Shown here one piece after another: positions 40,296 through 50,257 of a stretch of DNA of 64,000 nt. The notes beneath the pieces are model-generated. The model saw nothing but the letters and a program-made list of their open reading frames with translations, did not search any database and was not told where the DNA came from. The position numbers were made by a program, and so were the translations under genes. Position 1 is the first letter of the stretch; the number at the start of each line of letters is the position of its first letter. The stretch lies in NCBI GenBank assembly GCA_963662285.2, contig CAXXMV010000002.1, positions 1,280,001 to 1,344,000 of the forward strand, written 5' to 3'. Source of the DNA: a bacterium. Lineage in GTDB: Bacteria > Hinthialibacterota > Hinthialibacteria > Hinthialibacterales > Hinthialibacteraceae.

Positions 40296-41669
40296 GTGAA
40301 AAAGAATATAAATGCTATATGGATGCCGGGGTTGGTAATCACTGTATTTCTTGCGTCATGTATGGATTTTTGTTTTGCTGCTGATGTGAAACTTGAGGAT
40401 GCTGGAATCCATGTTAAAAGCATCATCGATGGGATAACATTGAAGAGTATTGGCAAATTTCAGGTGATGATCAACGTTGATCCAAAAGAATGTAGTGAAC
40501 CGTTAGATATTCATGTGGAAGTAGCGGGATCGGGACCCAAGACCTGGCCAGCGGAAGACCTATGCGTAGTTGATGGCGCTGGAGGGGCCGTTGCCATTCG
40601 CCGTAGCGGCATTGCGTGGCATAAGTTTAGCATGACTGTCCCCGGAATCAGGGGTAGTTACCTGGTCAGCGCCGCACCCTTGAAAGACGTGCGACCTTCT
40701 GTCAAGTTGCAGGCTGAAGCCGGACGCACGGCGTCTGATCCGGTTACGGGAATCAGTGCCACTGTTTGCCGATGGTACGATGGCCGGGACGCTGCTTTGA
40801 GTATGCGTTTCGATGATTCTCACCCAACGCATCTGAGCGCCGTAGTTCCAATCCTACGGGAGCATGGCCTTAGAGCGACATTCATGATTAATCCCGGTCG
40901 GGCTGAATTTCAGAAGAACCGCGCTGAATGGGAAACTTGCGCACGGAGCGGGGAACATGAATTCGCCAATCATACCATGTCGCATCGCGGCGCCTCTACT
41001 GAGGAAGAAATTGAGCGCGAAGTAGGTGAGGCTGCGGAGTATATCTGGCGGCTGTTTCCCCGACGCAGCCGTCTTGTCGCGTTGAACCGTGGTGGAGGAA
41101 CTACGTGGATTACACGTAGGCCTTTCAGTTATTACCTGGACAAATATCACCTTTTCAATGTAAGCGGATCGTTGGGGATGGATGACGTCTATGGTCAGCG
41201 GATCGCCGCTTTGGAGCGCCACCTTCTCAATGCAGTAGAACGACGCGGGTGGGCCAAAATCCACTATCATTCAATAGGCGCCGGTCTGGCGACGAGCGAG
41301 GAGCACTTTCGCGCCGCTATGCAGTTGTTGAGTAAACATGCTGACCAGATATGGATCACTGGTTTGGCTGATGCATTCAAGTATATGACCGAGAGAAGCG
41401 CAACAAAGATATCTCTTAAGCGGGTCGATGCTGATCGGTTGGAGTTGGAGGTGATCTGTGGAACTGATCCGGCGTTGTTTGATCAACCTTTGACGATTGA
41501 ATTCGAGGCGCCGTCGAACTGGTCAATAGCAGAATTATCCGCAGTTGGTGATGATGCAAATCCTGTACAGATAGCCGGGAGTGAAGTTGATCAGCGACGG
41601 ATTATTACCCGGTATCATGTTCCACCTGTGAGCCGCAGTTATGAACTATTCTGCTACAATAATAATTAA
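40296..41669 (+). CDS. Secreted polysaccharide deacetylase (CE4/NodB) family protein
   Basis: SMRFDDSH, ATFMIN, HEFANHTMSH, YHSIG; start uncertain (ORF opens at 40212). Confidence 0.75.
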   Translation: MKKNINAIWMPGLVITVFLASCMDFCFAADVKLEDAGIHVKSIIDGITLKSIGKFQVMINVDPKECSEPLDIHVEVAGSGPKTWPAEDLCVVDGAGGAVAIRRSGIAWHKFSMTVPGIRGSYLVSAAPLKDVRPSVKLQAEAGRTASDPVTGISATVCRWYDGRDAALSMRFDDSHPTHLSAVVPILREHGLRATFMINPGRAEFQKNRAEWETCARSGEHEFANHTMSHRGASTEEEIEREVGEAAEYIWRLFPRRSRLVALNRGGGTTWITRRPFSYYLDKYHLFNVSGSLGMDDVYGQRIAALERHLLNAVERRGWAKIHYHSIGAGLATSEEHFRAAMQLLSKHADQIWITGLADAFKYMTERSATKISLKRVDADRLELEVICGTDPALFDQPLTIEFEAPSNWSIAELSAVGDDANPVQIAGSEVDQRRIITRYHVPPVSRSYELFCYNNN

Positions 41670-41705
41670 GATTTTAGTCATATAATTAAATTAGGAATTA
41701 ATTTC

Positions 41706-42677
41706 ATGGAAAATAACGGTTTATTTGGCATGTTTTGGCTTAGGAACGAAGGTCCGTTTGATCTGGAAAACTTAGATTCGCTCAAGGGTTGGACTCCAGA
41801 TAGCGGTCCAGTTTGGATTGATATGGATCGTGATTCCGATGTTGCGGAAAAATGGTTATACGAGGTATCGGGTCTTGATTCAATTGTTTGCGACGCGCTG
41901 CTGGCAGAAGACACTCGACCACGGCGGGAATTGTTTGACGATGGCGCTATGATTATTTTGCGCGGCGTGAATCTGACCGGGGATGAAGATCCCGGCGAGA
42001 TGATTTCGCTACGCATGTGGTTTGACGCCAATCGCGTTATCACCGTTCGGCGTTATGAGTTTCAATCGCTTAACTTAATTCGTGAATCTATCCGGAACAG
42101 CCGGGGACCCAAAACTACCAGTGATTTTCTATTTACTCTGGTCGAAAAATTATGCGATTTAACAGAGCCGGTGATTGATGAATTAAATGAAACTATTGAT
42201 CAGTTGGAAGACCGGATACTCAACGAAGACTTGGATGGTTTGAAAAATGATATCGTTTCATCCTGGCGTAAAGCCAGCGCGTTAAAGCGCTACCTGGTTC
42301 CCCAGCGGGAAACGATTTCCCGGCTATGCTCCGATTCGTTGATATGGATGCCTGACCGGCATTGCGCTCAACTTAGGGAGTCGGTTGACCGGATCAAGCG
42401 CTATACAGAAGACCTGGATCTGAACTGCAACCATGCGGGAATCGCCCAGGAGCAATTGATAAACCTGCACAACGAGCGGACCAACAAGGCGATGTATATT
42501 CTAACCATCGTCGCGGCGGTCTTTCTTCCACTGTCATTCGTTACAGGGCTTTTGGGGATCAATGTCAGCGGCATCCCCGGCGCTGATCATCCATTGGGAT
42601 TCCTCTTTGTGATAATCATCCTTGCCGGAATCACTGCGCTGGAGTTGTTTATTTTCCGTTTAATGAAATTCTTGTAG
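41706..42677 (+). CDS. zntB: CorA-family Zn2+ transporter ZntB
   Basis: TRPR..ILRGVN...EMISLRMW; TGLLGINV (GIN rather than GMN). Confidence 0.85.
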   Translation: MENNGLFGMFWLRNEGPFDLENLDSLKGWTPDSGPVWIDMDRDSDVAEKWLYEVSGLDSIVCDALLAEDTRPRRELFDDGAMIILRGVNLTGDEDPGEMISLRMWFDANRVITVRRYEFQSLNLIRESIRNSRGPKTTSDFLFTLVEKLCDLTEPVIDELNETIDQLEDRILNEDLDGLKNDIVSSWRKASALKRYLVPQRETISRLCSDSLIWMPDRHCAQLRESVDRIKRYTEDLDLNCNHAGIAQEQLINLHNERTNKAMYILTIVAAVFLPLSFVTGLLGINVSGIPGADHPLGFLFVIIILAGITALELFIFRLMKFL

Positions 42678-42749
42678 TATAGTTATATAATATTAGTAGA
42701 AGATCAAGCAAGTGGATTTAAATCATAATTGAAATGGGTATTTATAAAA

Positions 42750-45700
42750 ATGAAAATATATAAAAAGAATGTGATTATTTTCCTATTTGTTTTGGTTTCA
42801 TTATTTTATTCCTCAATGCAACCGGCATATACGCAAAACGCGAAACCAAAAAACATACCCACACCTGCTGTGCAGGAGGCAATAGAGATTTCCATTCCGA
42901 TATTAGAAGATCGGAAAAAGAAAATTGAAGCGTCGACAACCTTAGATAATGAGGTTAAGACAAAAGTAATAGAATTGTATGACCAGGCAATTCAACAGAT
43001 CAAACTCTCTGAAGAGTGGACTGCCAAAGAATTGAGTTTCGAGAAAGCGATGCAAGGCGCACCCGCTTTTCTAGAAACGATGCAAAAAGAACTGGCGAAA
43101 CCAATCATTGACGCAACGCCCGAAATCGATCCCAAATGGACATTGACTCAAATCGAACCCTTGTTGAATAAAGCGGAATCTGATTTAGCTGAAGCCAAAA
43201 AGAATTTAGCGGATTTACGAAAAGAAGAATCCGACCGAACAAACAGGCGTACTGACATCCCCAATCAAATCGCCAAAAATCAAGAACTGCTAAAAGAGAT
43301 CAATGCACGCTTATCCAATCCCCTTCCGAAGGAAGGGAATGCAGAACTAAACCAAGCAGAGAGATTCCTCCTTCAAGCGCAAAGAAAAGTACTGGAACAA
43401 GAGATCAAATCCATTGATAAAGAACTTCTCAGTTATAACGCCAGAGGGACTCTATTGCTCGCGAGAATAGATTTGGCTTCGCAGCGATTAAGCAATAAAG
43501 AAAAGAACGCGACGGCCTGGCGGGTGATTGTATCCAAGATGCGCCAAAAGCAAGCGGAGGATGATGCTCAAAAAGCGAGAGAAGAATCGTTTAAAGCGGC
43601 AAGAGAACATCCTTTGTTGAAATCGTTGGCCGAATACAATTCTCAACTCGCCGATAAACGAACCGGCGCCAAGGGAATCACAACTGCGCAAAAAAAAGCT
43701 GCGGATGACCTGAATCAAATCAAAAAACTTCTAGAGACGACAAAAAACAATTACGAGGATATTCAGACCAGGCTTCAAACAGCGGGAATTACTCATGGTA
43801 TAGGCGTATTACTTCGGAAACAAAGAACGGAGATTCCCGATCTCCGCCTGCACAAGGGTAATATTAACAGCCGGCAATCGGATATTTCGGATGCGCAATT
43901 GGAATGGTTTGATTATAAAGGGCAGCGAAGTAATTTATCAGATATCGAATCAGTGGTGCAAGCCTCTCTAGCGACTCTTACGGATGCAACGGAAGCCGTT
44001 AGGAATGAGTTGACGCCCCGTATCCAGACAATACTGAATACAAGGAAAAACTATTTGGAATCATTAATCAATGATTATGATGATTACATCGATACATTGA
44101 TTAACCTGGATATTGCAGAGCGAAATCTCATAGAGCAGGCTTCTGAATTAAAAGAGTACATTGATAAGCACATTCTTTGGATTAGAAGCGCTTCAATCCC
44201 CGGAGTATCGGATACAGGCGACTTTATTAAAGCATTGAGTTGGATGTGCGATTATCAAGGATGGCGGACCGTTTTGGGCAGCTTTTGGGATGATTATAAT
44301 CAAAATTTTTCCGCCTACTTATTTGGTTTTTTTATTTACATCCTCTTGATCTATGGCCGGTTCAAGTGGGCGCCCCGTATAAACGGCTTATCAGACAAGG
44401 TTAAAAAGAAAAAACTGTTAACTACTTTTTCCCATACAGTTGAGTGTTTATTTTTCACGCTATTCACCGCGGTTTTTCTGCCCCTCGTTTTGGTATTTTT
44501 TGCCTGGCGGTTGTCTTTTTATAATGGAGTTTCGGAATATCCACTCTCTGTCACATCAGGATTGTACACAACAGCCATTATTTTCTACACACTAGAAATT
44601 CTCCGTTATCTTTGCCAGTCCAAGGGATTGGGTGAAGTGCACTTTAAATGGAGAGCGGAGACATTACAGATCATTCGTAGAAATCTGATTTGGTTTATGC
44701 CTATATTCCTGTTCATTGCATATACATTCTCCATTATCGAATGGCAGAGTATTCAGGAACACAAAGATACTCTGGGGCGTTTTTTATTTATATCAGGGAT
44801 GGTCGTGATCAGCATATTTAATAGAAAAGCTATGGCCGGATTCGCTAATATACCAACTAATCAAGCAGATGGTTGGTCTTTTAAGTCCCTGAATCAACGT
44901 CATTACTTGTGGTATCCAATTGCATTGTATTTACCAATCTTTTTAGCACTGCTGGCATTCGTCGGGTATTATTACACGGCGGTTCAACTTAATTGGCGTT
45001 TTATCAGCACAGTATGGCTGGTATTTGGACTTATCATTTTAAACAGTCTGGTTCAGAGGTGGATATTACTAACCCACCGGACTATTGCCATTCAGGAAGC
45101 GCGACGCAAGCATGCCGCGAAACAAGCTAGCCTGGAAGAAAGCGCATCCGGAGAAAATCCACCGGAACTGAAGTTCGATGAATCCGAGTTGGATATTGCA
45201 GCGATTAACGAGCAGACCAAAAAACTGATTCGTAGTTTTCTGGCGTTGGGCTTTATATTGGGGCTTTGGTTTGTCTGGGTGGATATGCTTCCGGCGTTGG
45301 ATTTTCTGGATCGCGTCGAACTTTGGGAGATCGGAGCGTCAGCGGTATCAACCGCTGCGAATGAGGGAAGCGACTCTGAAATAGTTACCATAACTGAAAA
45401 AAGCGTTATCACATTAAAGAATCTTCTTTTCGCGCTTATCGTATTGGCCATGACCGTCATTTCGACTAGAAATGTTCCCGGTGTTCTTGAGATGGCCGTT
45501 TTGCAAAAAATGCCGATAGATGCGGGAACCCGCTATGCTTATACGACAGTGGCCCGTTATATTATCGCAGTGGTGGGCATCATTTTCGTTTGCGGTTCGT
45601 TGGGGATTCAATGGTCCTCCATCCAATGGTTGGTCGCGGCGATGACATTAGGTCTTGGTTTCGGACTGCAAGAGATTTTCGCTAATTTTGTTTCAGGGCT

Positions 45701-46229
45701 GATTATTCTCTTTGAACGTCCCATACGCATCGGGGATACCGTAACCGTAGGCGACGTGTCCGGAACCGTATCAAAAATCCGCATTCGCGGTACAACCATT
45801 ACTAATTGGGATCGTAAAGAACTCATCATTCCCAACAAGGAATTCATCACCGGACAGGTGATTAACTGGACGTTGAGCGATCAGGTATTGCGCCTGGTGA
45901 TTCCTGTGGGCATCGCTTACGGTTCCGATGTGGAAAAAGCACACGAAGTCTTAATGAACGTTGCAGTTGAGAACGATAATGTTCTGGACGATCCTTCTCC
46001 CAGAGTAACTTTTGAATCTTTTGGCGATAGTACGTTGGATTTTGCTCTCCGTGCGTTTATTCCGAGCATTGATGTGATGTTGAAAACAAAAGATCAACTA
46101 AACTGCGCCATCGACCGGGATTTTAGAAAAGCCGGTATTGAAATCGCTTTTCCGCAAAGAGATATACATATAAGGACGGTAGAACAGCCGCTTTTTAGAG
46201 CGGATAAGCAAGAGAACGAAAACCAATGA
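42750..46229 (+). CDS. mscK: Large MscS-family mechanosensitive channel (MscK/KefA-like)
   Basis: Signal, long periplasmic coiled coil, TM region, GLGFGLQEIFANFVSGLIILFERPIRIGD, IPNKEFIT, AFPQRD. Confidence 0.88.
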   Translation: MKIYKKNVIIFLFVLVSLFYSSMQPAYTQNAKPKNIPTPAVQEAIEISIPILEDRKKKIEASTTLDNEVKTKVIELYDQAIQQIKLSEEWTAKELSFEKAMQGAPAFLETMQKELAKPIIDATPEIDPKWTLTQIEPLLNKAESDLAEAKKNLADLRKEESDRTNRRTDIPNQIAKNQELLKEINARLSNPLPKEGNAELNQAERFLLQAQRKVLEQEIKSIDKELLSYNARGTLLLARIDLASQRLSNKEKNATAWRVIVSKMRQKQAEDDAQKAREESFKAAREHPLLKSLAEYNSQLADKRTGAKGITTAQKKAADDLNQIKKLLETTKNNYEDIQTRLQTAGITHGIGVLLRKQRTEIPDLRLHKGNINSRQSDISDAQLEWFDYKGQRSNLSDIESVVQASLATLTDATEAVRNELTPRIQTILNTRKNYLESLINDYDDYIDTLINLDIAERNLIEQASELKEYIDKHILWIRSASIPGVSDTGDFIKALSWMCDYQGWRTVLGSFWDDYNQNFSAYLFGFFIYILLIYGRFKWAPRINGLSDKVKKKKLLTTFSHTVECLFFTLFTAVFLPLVLVFFAWRLSFYNGVSEYPLSVTSGLYTTAIIFYTLEILRYLCQSKGLGEVHFKWRAETLQIIRRNLIWFMPIFLFIAYTFSIIEWQSIQEHKDTLGRFLFISGMVVISIFNRKAMAGFANIPTNQADGWSFKSLNQRHYLWYPIALYLPIFLALLAFVGYYYTAVQLNWRFISTVWLVFGLIILNSLVQRWILLTHRTIAIQEARRKHAAKQASLEESASGENPPELKFDESELDIAAINEQTKKLIRSFLALGFILGLWFVWVDMLPALDFLDRVELWEIGASAVSTAANEGSDSEIVTITEKSVITLKNLLFALIVLAMTVISTRNVPGVLEMAVLQKMPIDAGTRYAYTTVARYIIAVVGIIFVCGSLGIQWSSIQWLVAAMTLGLGFGLQEIFANFVSGLIILFERPIRIGDTVTVGDVSGTVSKIRIRGTTITNWDRKELIIPNKEFITGQVINWTLSDQVLRLVIPVGIAYGSDVEKAHEVLMNVAVENDNVLDDPSPRVTFESFGDSTLDFALRAFIPSIDVMLKTKDQLNCAIDRDFRKAGIEIAFPQRDIHIRTVEQPLFRADKQENENQ

Positions 46230-46238
46230 TATACAAAT

Positions 46239-46281
46239 AAAAACGGAGCTGATGGTGAAAACCTTCAGCTCCGTTTTTTTT
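46239..46281. terminator. Bidirectional intrinsic terminator
   Basis: aaaaacggagctgatggt-gaaa-accttcagctccgtttttttt. Confidence 0.85.
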
Positions 46282-46312
46282 ATCATAATCTATTCTCTTG
46301 ATGAATTAGTAC

Positions 46313-47389
46313 CTATGCTTTTCCATCGGCCAGAAGCATTTCCAGCATTTTACGATCCAGTTTATGCCCTTTATAATCTTCGTATTGAATATCATTGCGT
46401 TGGCTGTCGAGGATGCCGAAGCCGCCGCGCAGGTTCCACATGGCCCAGCCCCAACCTGCGTCGCGCCATAGGTCGAGGCAGTCGGTCATCCAGGGTATTG
46501 CCACAGAATGAGGCGTCTTGTTATAGCATCCCCACTCGCCGACATGAACGCCGACTCCTTTGGCTTCGAGTTCTTGAAATGGTTTGATGTTATGTTCCAG
46601 TATCCATTTTTTATCAATCAGGTCGGCGCCTTGTTTGAGCGGCCAGGTTGGTTCGCTCCATTTATCCGAGCCGCTAATCCAACTGGCTTTATGGTGGCTG
46701 ATTTTCATCGGATCATATCCGCGGGTGCTCTGGGCGATTCCCAGGTCGGCGATGGAGTGCACCGGATCGCGTCCCCAGCGCAGGCCATCGACTACAATCA
46801 ATCGGTCAGGATCAGCAGAACGAATGGCGCCTACTACAGCCCGTACTACCCGGTCATAAACAGGTTCTGATATATTGGCTGGTTCATTGAGTAGATCAAA
46901 ACTGAGTTGCTCAGTCGGGATTCCTTTATAGCGTTCAGCGAAACTCTTCCATTGAAAGCAGAACTGTTTGAGCGCTTCTTCGTCTTTCCACAGGTCTAAT
47001 TTTTCCTCTGGTGGATTGACGCAATAACCGGGAGCGCGGTGCAGATTGAGGTTGATATGGATGCCGTATTGCTTGCCCCATTCGACTGTTTGGTCAATTT
47101 CCTTCAAGACCTTTTCGTCCAATTTGTATGGATCGTCTGCATCAGTCCAGCAGCGGTAATCGGTGGGCAGGCGGGCGAAATCGAATCCCCATTGCGCCAT
47201 AAGTTCAAAATCTTTTTCACTATATGGGCTGTTGCGGCGTTGAGTGAATTTCTCCAGTAAATTGAAACCTCGCCAGCGCGGCAGTTTGGCGGCGCTGATC
47301 TTTTTAGATTGTGAGGCGGTTGCGTTTTGATGCAGTATCGCGCCGCCAGCGAGTGCAGGAATAGTTTTTAGAAAATCACGTCTTTTCAT
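46313..47389 (-). CDS. Tat-exported glycoside hydrolase family 5
   Basis: MKRRDFLK, WRGFNL, LHRAPGY, DLLNEP (acid/base), HVGEWG (nucleophile). Confidence 0.9.
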   Translation of the reverse strand: MKRRDFLKTIPALAGGAILHQNATASQSKKISAAKLPRWRGFNLLEKFTQRRNSPYSEKDFELMAQWGFDFARLPTDYRCWTDADDPYKLDEKVLKEIDQTVEWGKQYGIHINLNLHRAPGYCVNPPEEKLDLWKDEEALKQFCFQWKSFAERYKGIPTEQLSFDLLNEPANISEPVYDRVVRAVVGAIRSADPDRLIVVDGLRWGRDPVHSIADLGIAQSTRGYDPMKISHHKASWISGSDKWSEPTWPLKQGADLIDKKWILEHNIKPFQELEAKGVGVHVGEWGCYNKTPHSVAIPWMTDCLDLWRDAGWGWAMWNLRGGFGILDSQRNDIQYEDYKGHKLDRKMLEMLLADGKA

Positions 47390-47554
47390 GATTTGGTAAC
47401 CTCGTATTTTTAAGATGGTTAAGAATACTATATAGCTTATAAAGCGATTAGCAAAATTACTTGCGCAAATACCCATGAATTAATGTTAACCGCTATAGTC
47501 TTATTTAACCGTATTTGATAGTATAGATTAATTCTCAGATGGAAGGATTATCTC

Positions 47555-48886
47555 ATGAAACGGCGCGATGTTTTAGCTATGTTATCAGCAGGCGGACTGG
47601 GTATGGCGGGATCGGCGTCGCCTACAGCGGCGCAATCGGTATGGAAATCAAAACCGGGCGATAAGGTCAAGATTACTGATGTCAAAGTGGTGCTGACCGC
47701 TCCGGAGAGGATTCGCTTGGTAGTAGTGAAGATCGAGACCAGCGATGCTGGATTATATGGCTGGGGCTGTGGTACGTTCACCCAGCGTCCACTGACGGTC
47801 AAGACCGCTGTTGAAGAATATCTGCGCCCGTTTTTGATCGGTAAAGATCCGGACAATATCGAAGATATCTGGCAGGCCAGTTATGTCAGTAGTTATTGGC
47901 GCAACGGTCCGGTGCTTAATAACGCCATCAGTGGTGTTGATATGGCGTTGTGGGATATCAAAGGAAAACGCGCTGGAATGCCGGTCTATCAACTGTTGGG
48001 GGGCAAGTGCCGTTTCGCCGCCGACCTCTACGCCCATGCTTCGGGGCGGGATATCAACGAAGTGGAAGATAATGTGCGCAAGTGGATGGAGCAGGGCTAC
48101 CGCCACGTCCGGGCGCAGGTTTCCGTGCCGGGATATTCGGGTTATGGTTCGGCGTCATCACAGAAGGAAATAGATAATCATCTACCCAAAGGAACGCAGG
48201 TCTACGAACCCGCGCCTTATGTTCGCATTGTTCCCAAATTGTTTGAACATCTGAGAAACACTGTGGGTGAAGAGGTCGAGTTGCTGCATGATATGCACGA
48301 GCGCGTATCGAATGCGCAGGCGGTTAATCTGGCCAAGCAGTTGGAACCTTATAACCTGTTTTTTCTGGAAGACCCGGTTTCGCCGGAGCAGGTGGACCAT
48401 TTCCGCCGCATCCGGCAGCAATGCGCCACGCCGATTGCTATGGGCGAGTTGTTTAACAACTCCCATGAATGGATCGATCTGGTATCGGAGCGGCTGATAG
48501 ATTTTATACGCGTCCATCTCTCGCAGATCGGCGGATTAAGCCCGGCGCGTAAACTGGCGGCGTTTTGCGAGGTCTTCGGCGTCAAGACCGCCTGGCATGG
48601 CCCCGGCGACCTGTCTCCATTCGGTCAGGCGGCTAATATCGCGTTGGATTTATCGTGTTATAACTTCGGCGTGCAGGAGCAGCACATTTTTAACAACGCG
48701 GCGCAGGAAGTTTTCCCCGGCTGCCTGAAAATCGAAAACGGCTACATGTTCGCCAATGAAGCGCCGGGATGGGGGATTGATTGCGACGAAGAGAAAGCCC
48801 GTAAATATCCATTTACCGATAAAGCGCCATTCGACATGTTCTGGGGAAACGTCCGCAACCGCGATGGAACTGTTAATCGACCTTAG
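47555..48886 (+). CDS. RspA/mannonate dehydratase-like enolase-superfamily protein with Tat signal
   Basis: MKRRDVL; YWRNGPVLNNAISGVDMALWDIKGK, LLHDMHER, FFLEDP, AMGELF, WHGPGD. Confidence 0.88.
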   Translation: MKRRDVLAMLSAGGLGMAGSASPTAAQSVWKSKPGDKVKITDVKVVLTAPERIRLVVVKIETSDAGLYGWGCGTFTQRPLTVKTAVEEYLRPFLIGKDPDNIEDIWQASYVSSYWRNGPVLNNAISGVDMALWDIKGKRAGMPVYQLLGGKCRFAADLYAHASGRDINEVEDNVRKWMEQGYRHVRAQVSVPGYSGYGSASSQKEIDNHLPKGTQVYEPAPYVRIVPKLFEHLRNTVGEEVELLHDMHERVSNAQAVNLAKQLEPYNLFFLEDPVSPEQVDHFRRIRQQCATPIAMGELFNNSHEWIDLVSERLIDFIRVHLSQIGGLSPARKLAAFCEVFGVKTAWHGPGDLSPFGQAANIALDLSCYNFGVQEQHIFNNAAQEVFPGCLKIENGYMFANEAPGWGIDCDEEKARKYPFTDKAPFDMFWGNVRNRDGTVNRP

Positions 48887-48951
48887 GTGGTATATGTATA
48901 GTTTTTTGAAGATAATATCAATTTGCCGCGTGAAAATAATAAAAGTACATT

Positions 48952-49467
48952 TCAATTCTGTATTGTATATGTCGATTGAAAAAGGGCTTCGAAAAGCAGA
49001 GATAGAGAGGTATCAGAAAGTTCAATATGTCCTGTTAATTCGTGAAGAAATCTATTCATGAATCCATTGTTTAATTCTACTTTCTTATGAAGATGTTCTT
49101 GTAGTATTCCTAAAGCTATTGCTATTACAAATCTCTCATTCAATCCATACATTATTTGGTCATGATCATATGGAGAGAGAGGTTTTTCTTTGAGAAGGTG
49201 AAATGTTAATCTTCCTACAAATCTAAAGATACTGGGTTTTCGATTACAGTCTCGTCTTATACTGACAAGTCTTTCAATGCAATGCAAAAAAGCCCAGGAT
49301 ACTTTTCTCGAATTATAGTGGATAGACCAATTATTAAATTCGCCAATTCGTTTAGCAATGCATTAGCATGATTGGGCGTATTTATTTGCGAAATCGGTTA
49401 AAATAGTATTGTCAATATCGCCTAATCGATTTATATCGAGATTATCTGATATAAACAAATAATTCAA
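48952..49467 (-). pseudogene. Interrupted low-GC ORF with degenerate Doc/Fic-like segment
   Basis: Same frame extends from TTG 49467 with a single TAA at 49363-49365; SIFRFVGRLTFHLLKEKPL...GLNERFVIAIALGIL loosely parallels the Doc core. Confidence 0.4.
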
Positions 49468-49615
49468 AATTCTTTCTCATTTTTAAATTGATCCATGAAT
49501 AATATCCTATTCACTTTTTAATGAAAATTGAATTTATTGAGTTGATTTTGCCTTAACGAATAAATTTAAACAGGAAAATACAGTAAACTGATTAAGTTAA
49601 TAAAGTAGAAACTTT

Positions 49616-49807
49616 TTAAGATTGCGTGAAGAGGTCCTTATTTTCTTCAAGAATTTCTAGTGACGCTTGGGCGTAATCATTGAAATTCTTGAAACTATCT
49701 ATACCGGAATTAGTTGGAATTATGCATTTATCCAGGAGATGAGTGACTTCGTTTGTCGTGATTTTTTTGCCCACGACGAATTTTATTTTCTCCTTGCATT
49801 GTTCCAT
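49616..49807 (-). CDS. Small hypothetical protein
   Basis: Strong RBS (aaggagc) before ATG; 63 aa. Confidence 0.5.
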   Translation of the reverse strand: MEQCKEKIKFVVGKKITTNEVTHLLDKCIIPTNSGIDSFKNFNDYAQASLEILEENKDLFTQS

Positions 49808-49891
49808 GACCCTGCTCCTTTGAACGACTAAATCTCTTTTTAACTATAAAAATTATAGTGGATCAATTCTTGTTGGTCAATCAAAAAAACC

Positions 49892-50188
49892 CTAAGCAGC
49901 GAACGGGGATATCCGTTTTTCTATCTCCGCCCACCTTTCACAGTAGGCTTTTTTTAAATCATATTGCTTTTGCAGATTCAGCCAGAATTCTGGAGTGTTG
50001 CCGAAGAAGCGATGAAGCCGTAGAGCCGTCTCGGCGGTTATTGATTGTTTGCCTTTTACTATTTCATTTACCCGTCCGGGAGATATCCCAATCTCATGGG
50101 CCAATCGATTCTGGCTTATATTCAATGGCTTTAGAAATTCCTCTAATAGAATCTCGCCGGGATGTATAAGTTCAAGAATATCTTTCAT
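49892..50188 (-). CDS. higA: HigA/VapI family antitoxin (orphan)
   Basis: IHPGEILLEEFLKPLNISQ..LA..I...RVNEIVKGK.SITAETALRL.RFFG.TPEFWLNLQ..YDL. Confidence 0.92.
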   Translation of the reverse strand: MKDILELIHPGEILLEEFLKPLNISQNRLAHEIGISPGRVNEIVKGKQSITAETALRLHRFFGNTPEFWLNLQKQYDLKKAYCERWAEIEKRISPFAA

Positions 50189-50257
50189 GCTATTTTCTCC
50201 TATTTATGATAATCTACGATCTCAAAATTATTTGTGTGATTGGTTTTCCATTCTACT

